Part shown: positions 63,842-64,000 of the stretch, piece after piece | How the letters are laid out: every line of letters begins with the position of its first letter | Position numbering within the stretch: position 1 is the stretch's first letter | DNA from: Nanobdellati archaeon | GTDB taxonomy: Archaea > Nanobdellota > Nanobdellia > Woesearchaeales > GCA-2686295 | NCBI GenBank assembly: GCA_014384375.1 | Contig: JACNFY010000019.1 | Span: 36,262 to 100,261 of the forward strand | DNA length: 64,000 bases | Reading direction: 5' to 3' | Notes under the pieces: model-generated | Told to the model about the DNA's origin: nothing | What the model saw: only the letters and a program-made list of their open reading frames with translations | The model's database searches: none | Made by a program: the position numbers and the translations under genes

Positions 63842-64000
63842 ATGATAGGAATTATTTTATTCTTAGTTTTATTTATAGTAGTGGTATTATTTTCTTTCTA
63901 CAAATTCTACTTCTTAAGAGATCCCGCAAGAAAAGTACCTATAGGGGGGGAGAATATTGTTAGTCCAGCAGATGGAAAGATAATAATGGTGAAAAAGTTT
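63842..64000 (+). CDS. psd: Phosphatidylserine decarboxylase-like proenzyme, N-terminal part (runs off the window)
   Basis: Hand translation gives MIGIILFLVLFIVVVLFSFYKFYFLRDPARKVPIGGENIVSPADGKIIMVKKF. A TM anchor is followed by the RDPxR...SPADG motif of archaeal-type PSD. Confidence 0.7.
   Translation, partial: MIGIILFLVLFIVVVLFSFYKFYFLRDPARKVPIGGENIVSPADGKIIMVKKF

Overview
The window is a gene-dense stretch of an AT-rich archaeal chromosome with about 70 genes. Many neighbours overlap by 4 nt (ATGA) and most starts have GGAGG-type ribosome-binding sites. All calls rest on motif recognition by eye, since no database search was possible.

Archaeal identity is supported by many information-processing genes:
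- Replication and DNA topology: family B DNA polymerase, an MCM-like AAA+ protein, topoisomerase VI A and B, archaeal DnaG.
- Translation: ABCE1, aRF1, aIF5A with deoxyhypusine synthase, ribosomal protein L40e, GatD/GatE, and ValRS, CysRS and TrpRS.
- RNA modification and ribosome biogenesis: fibrillarin with Nop5, a RIO kinase with a KH protein, and tRNA methyltransferases.
- Protein quality control: CDC48.

Several conserved proteins look unusually short or domain-reduced (MCM-like, Nop5, GatE, the ABCE1 Fe-S domain). Together with a bacterial-type GAPDH and a secreted lamin-tail-domain protein, this suggests a reduced-genome, DPANN-like archaeon; that is an inference.

RNA genes found are tRNA-Cys(GCA) and a tRNA-Arg(UCU) interrupted by an 82-nt intervening sequence at a non-canonical position. 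A roughly 160-nt GC-rich intergenic island at 45975-46140 looks like a structured RNA of unknown class. No rRNA, CRISPR array, transposase or integrase was seen.

The clearest accessory region is an AT-rich island at about 52.9-57.9 kb. It holds a translationally coupled three-gene cassette (Panacea/SocA-like protein, a 70-aa unknown, and a divergent MazF/PemK-like protein) followed by a single-chain type IIG restriction-modification enzyme. This cassette is my best candidate for an undescribed toxin-antitoxin or defence-type system.
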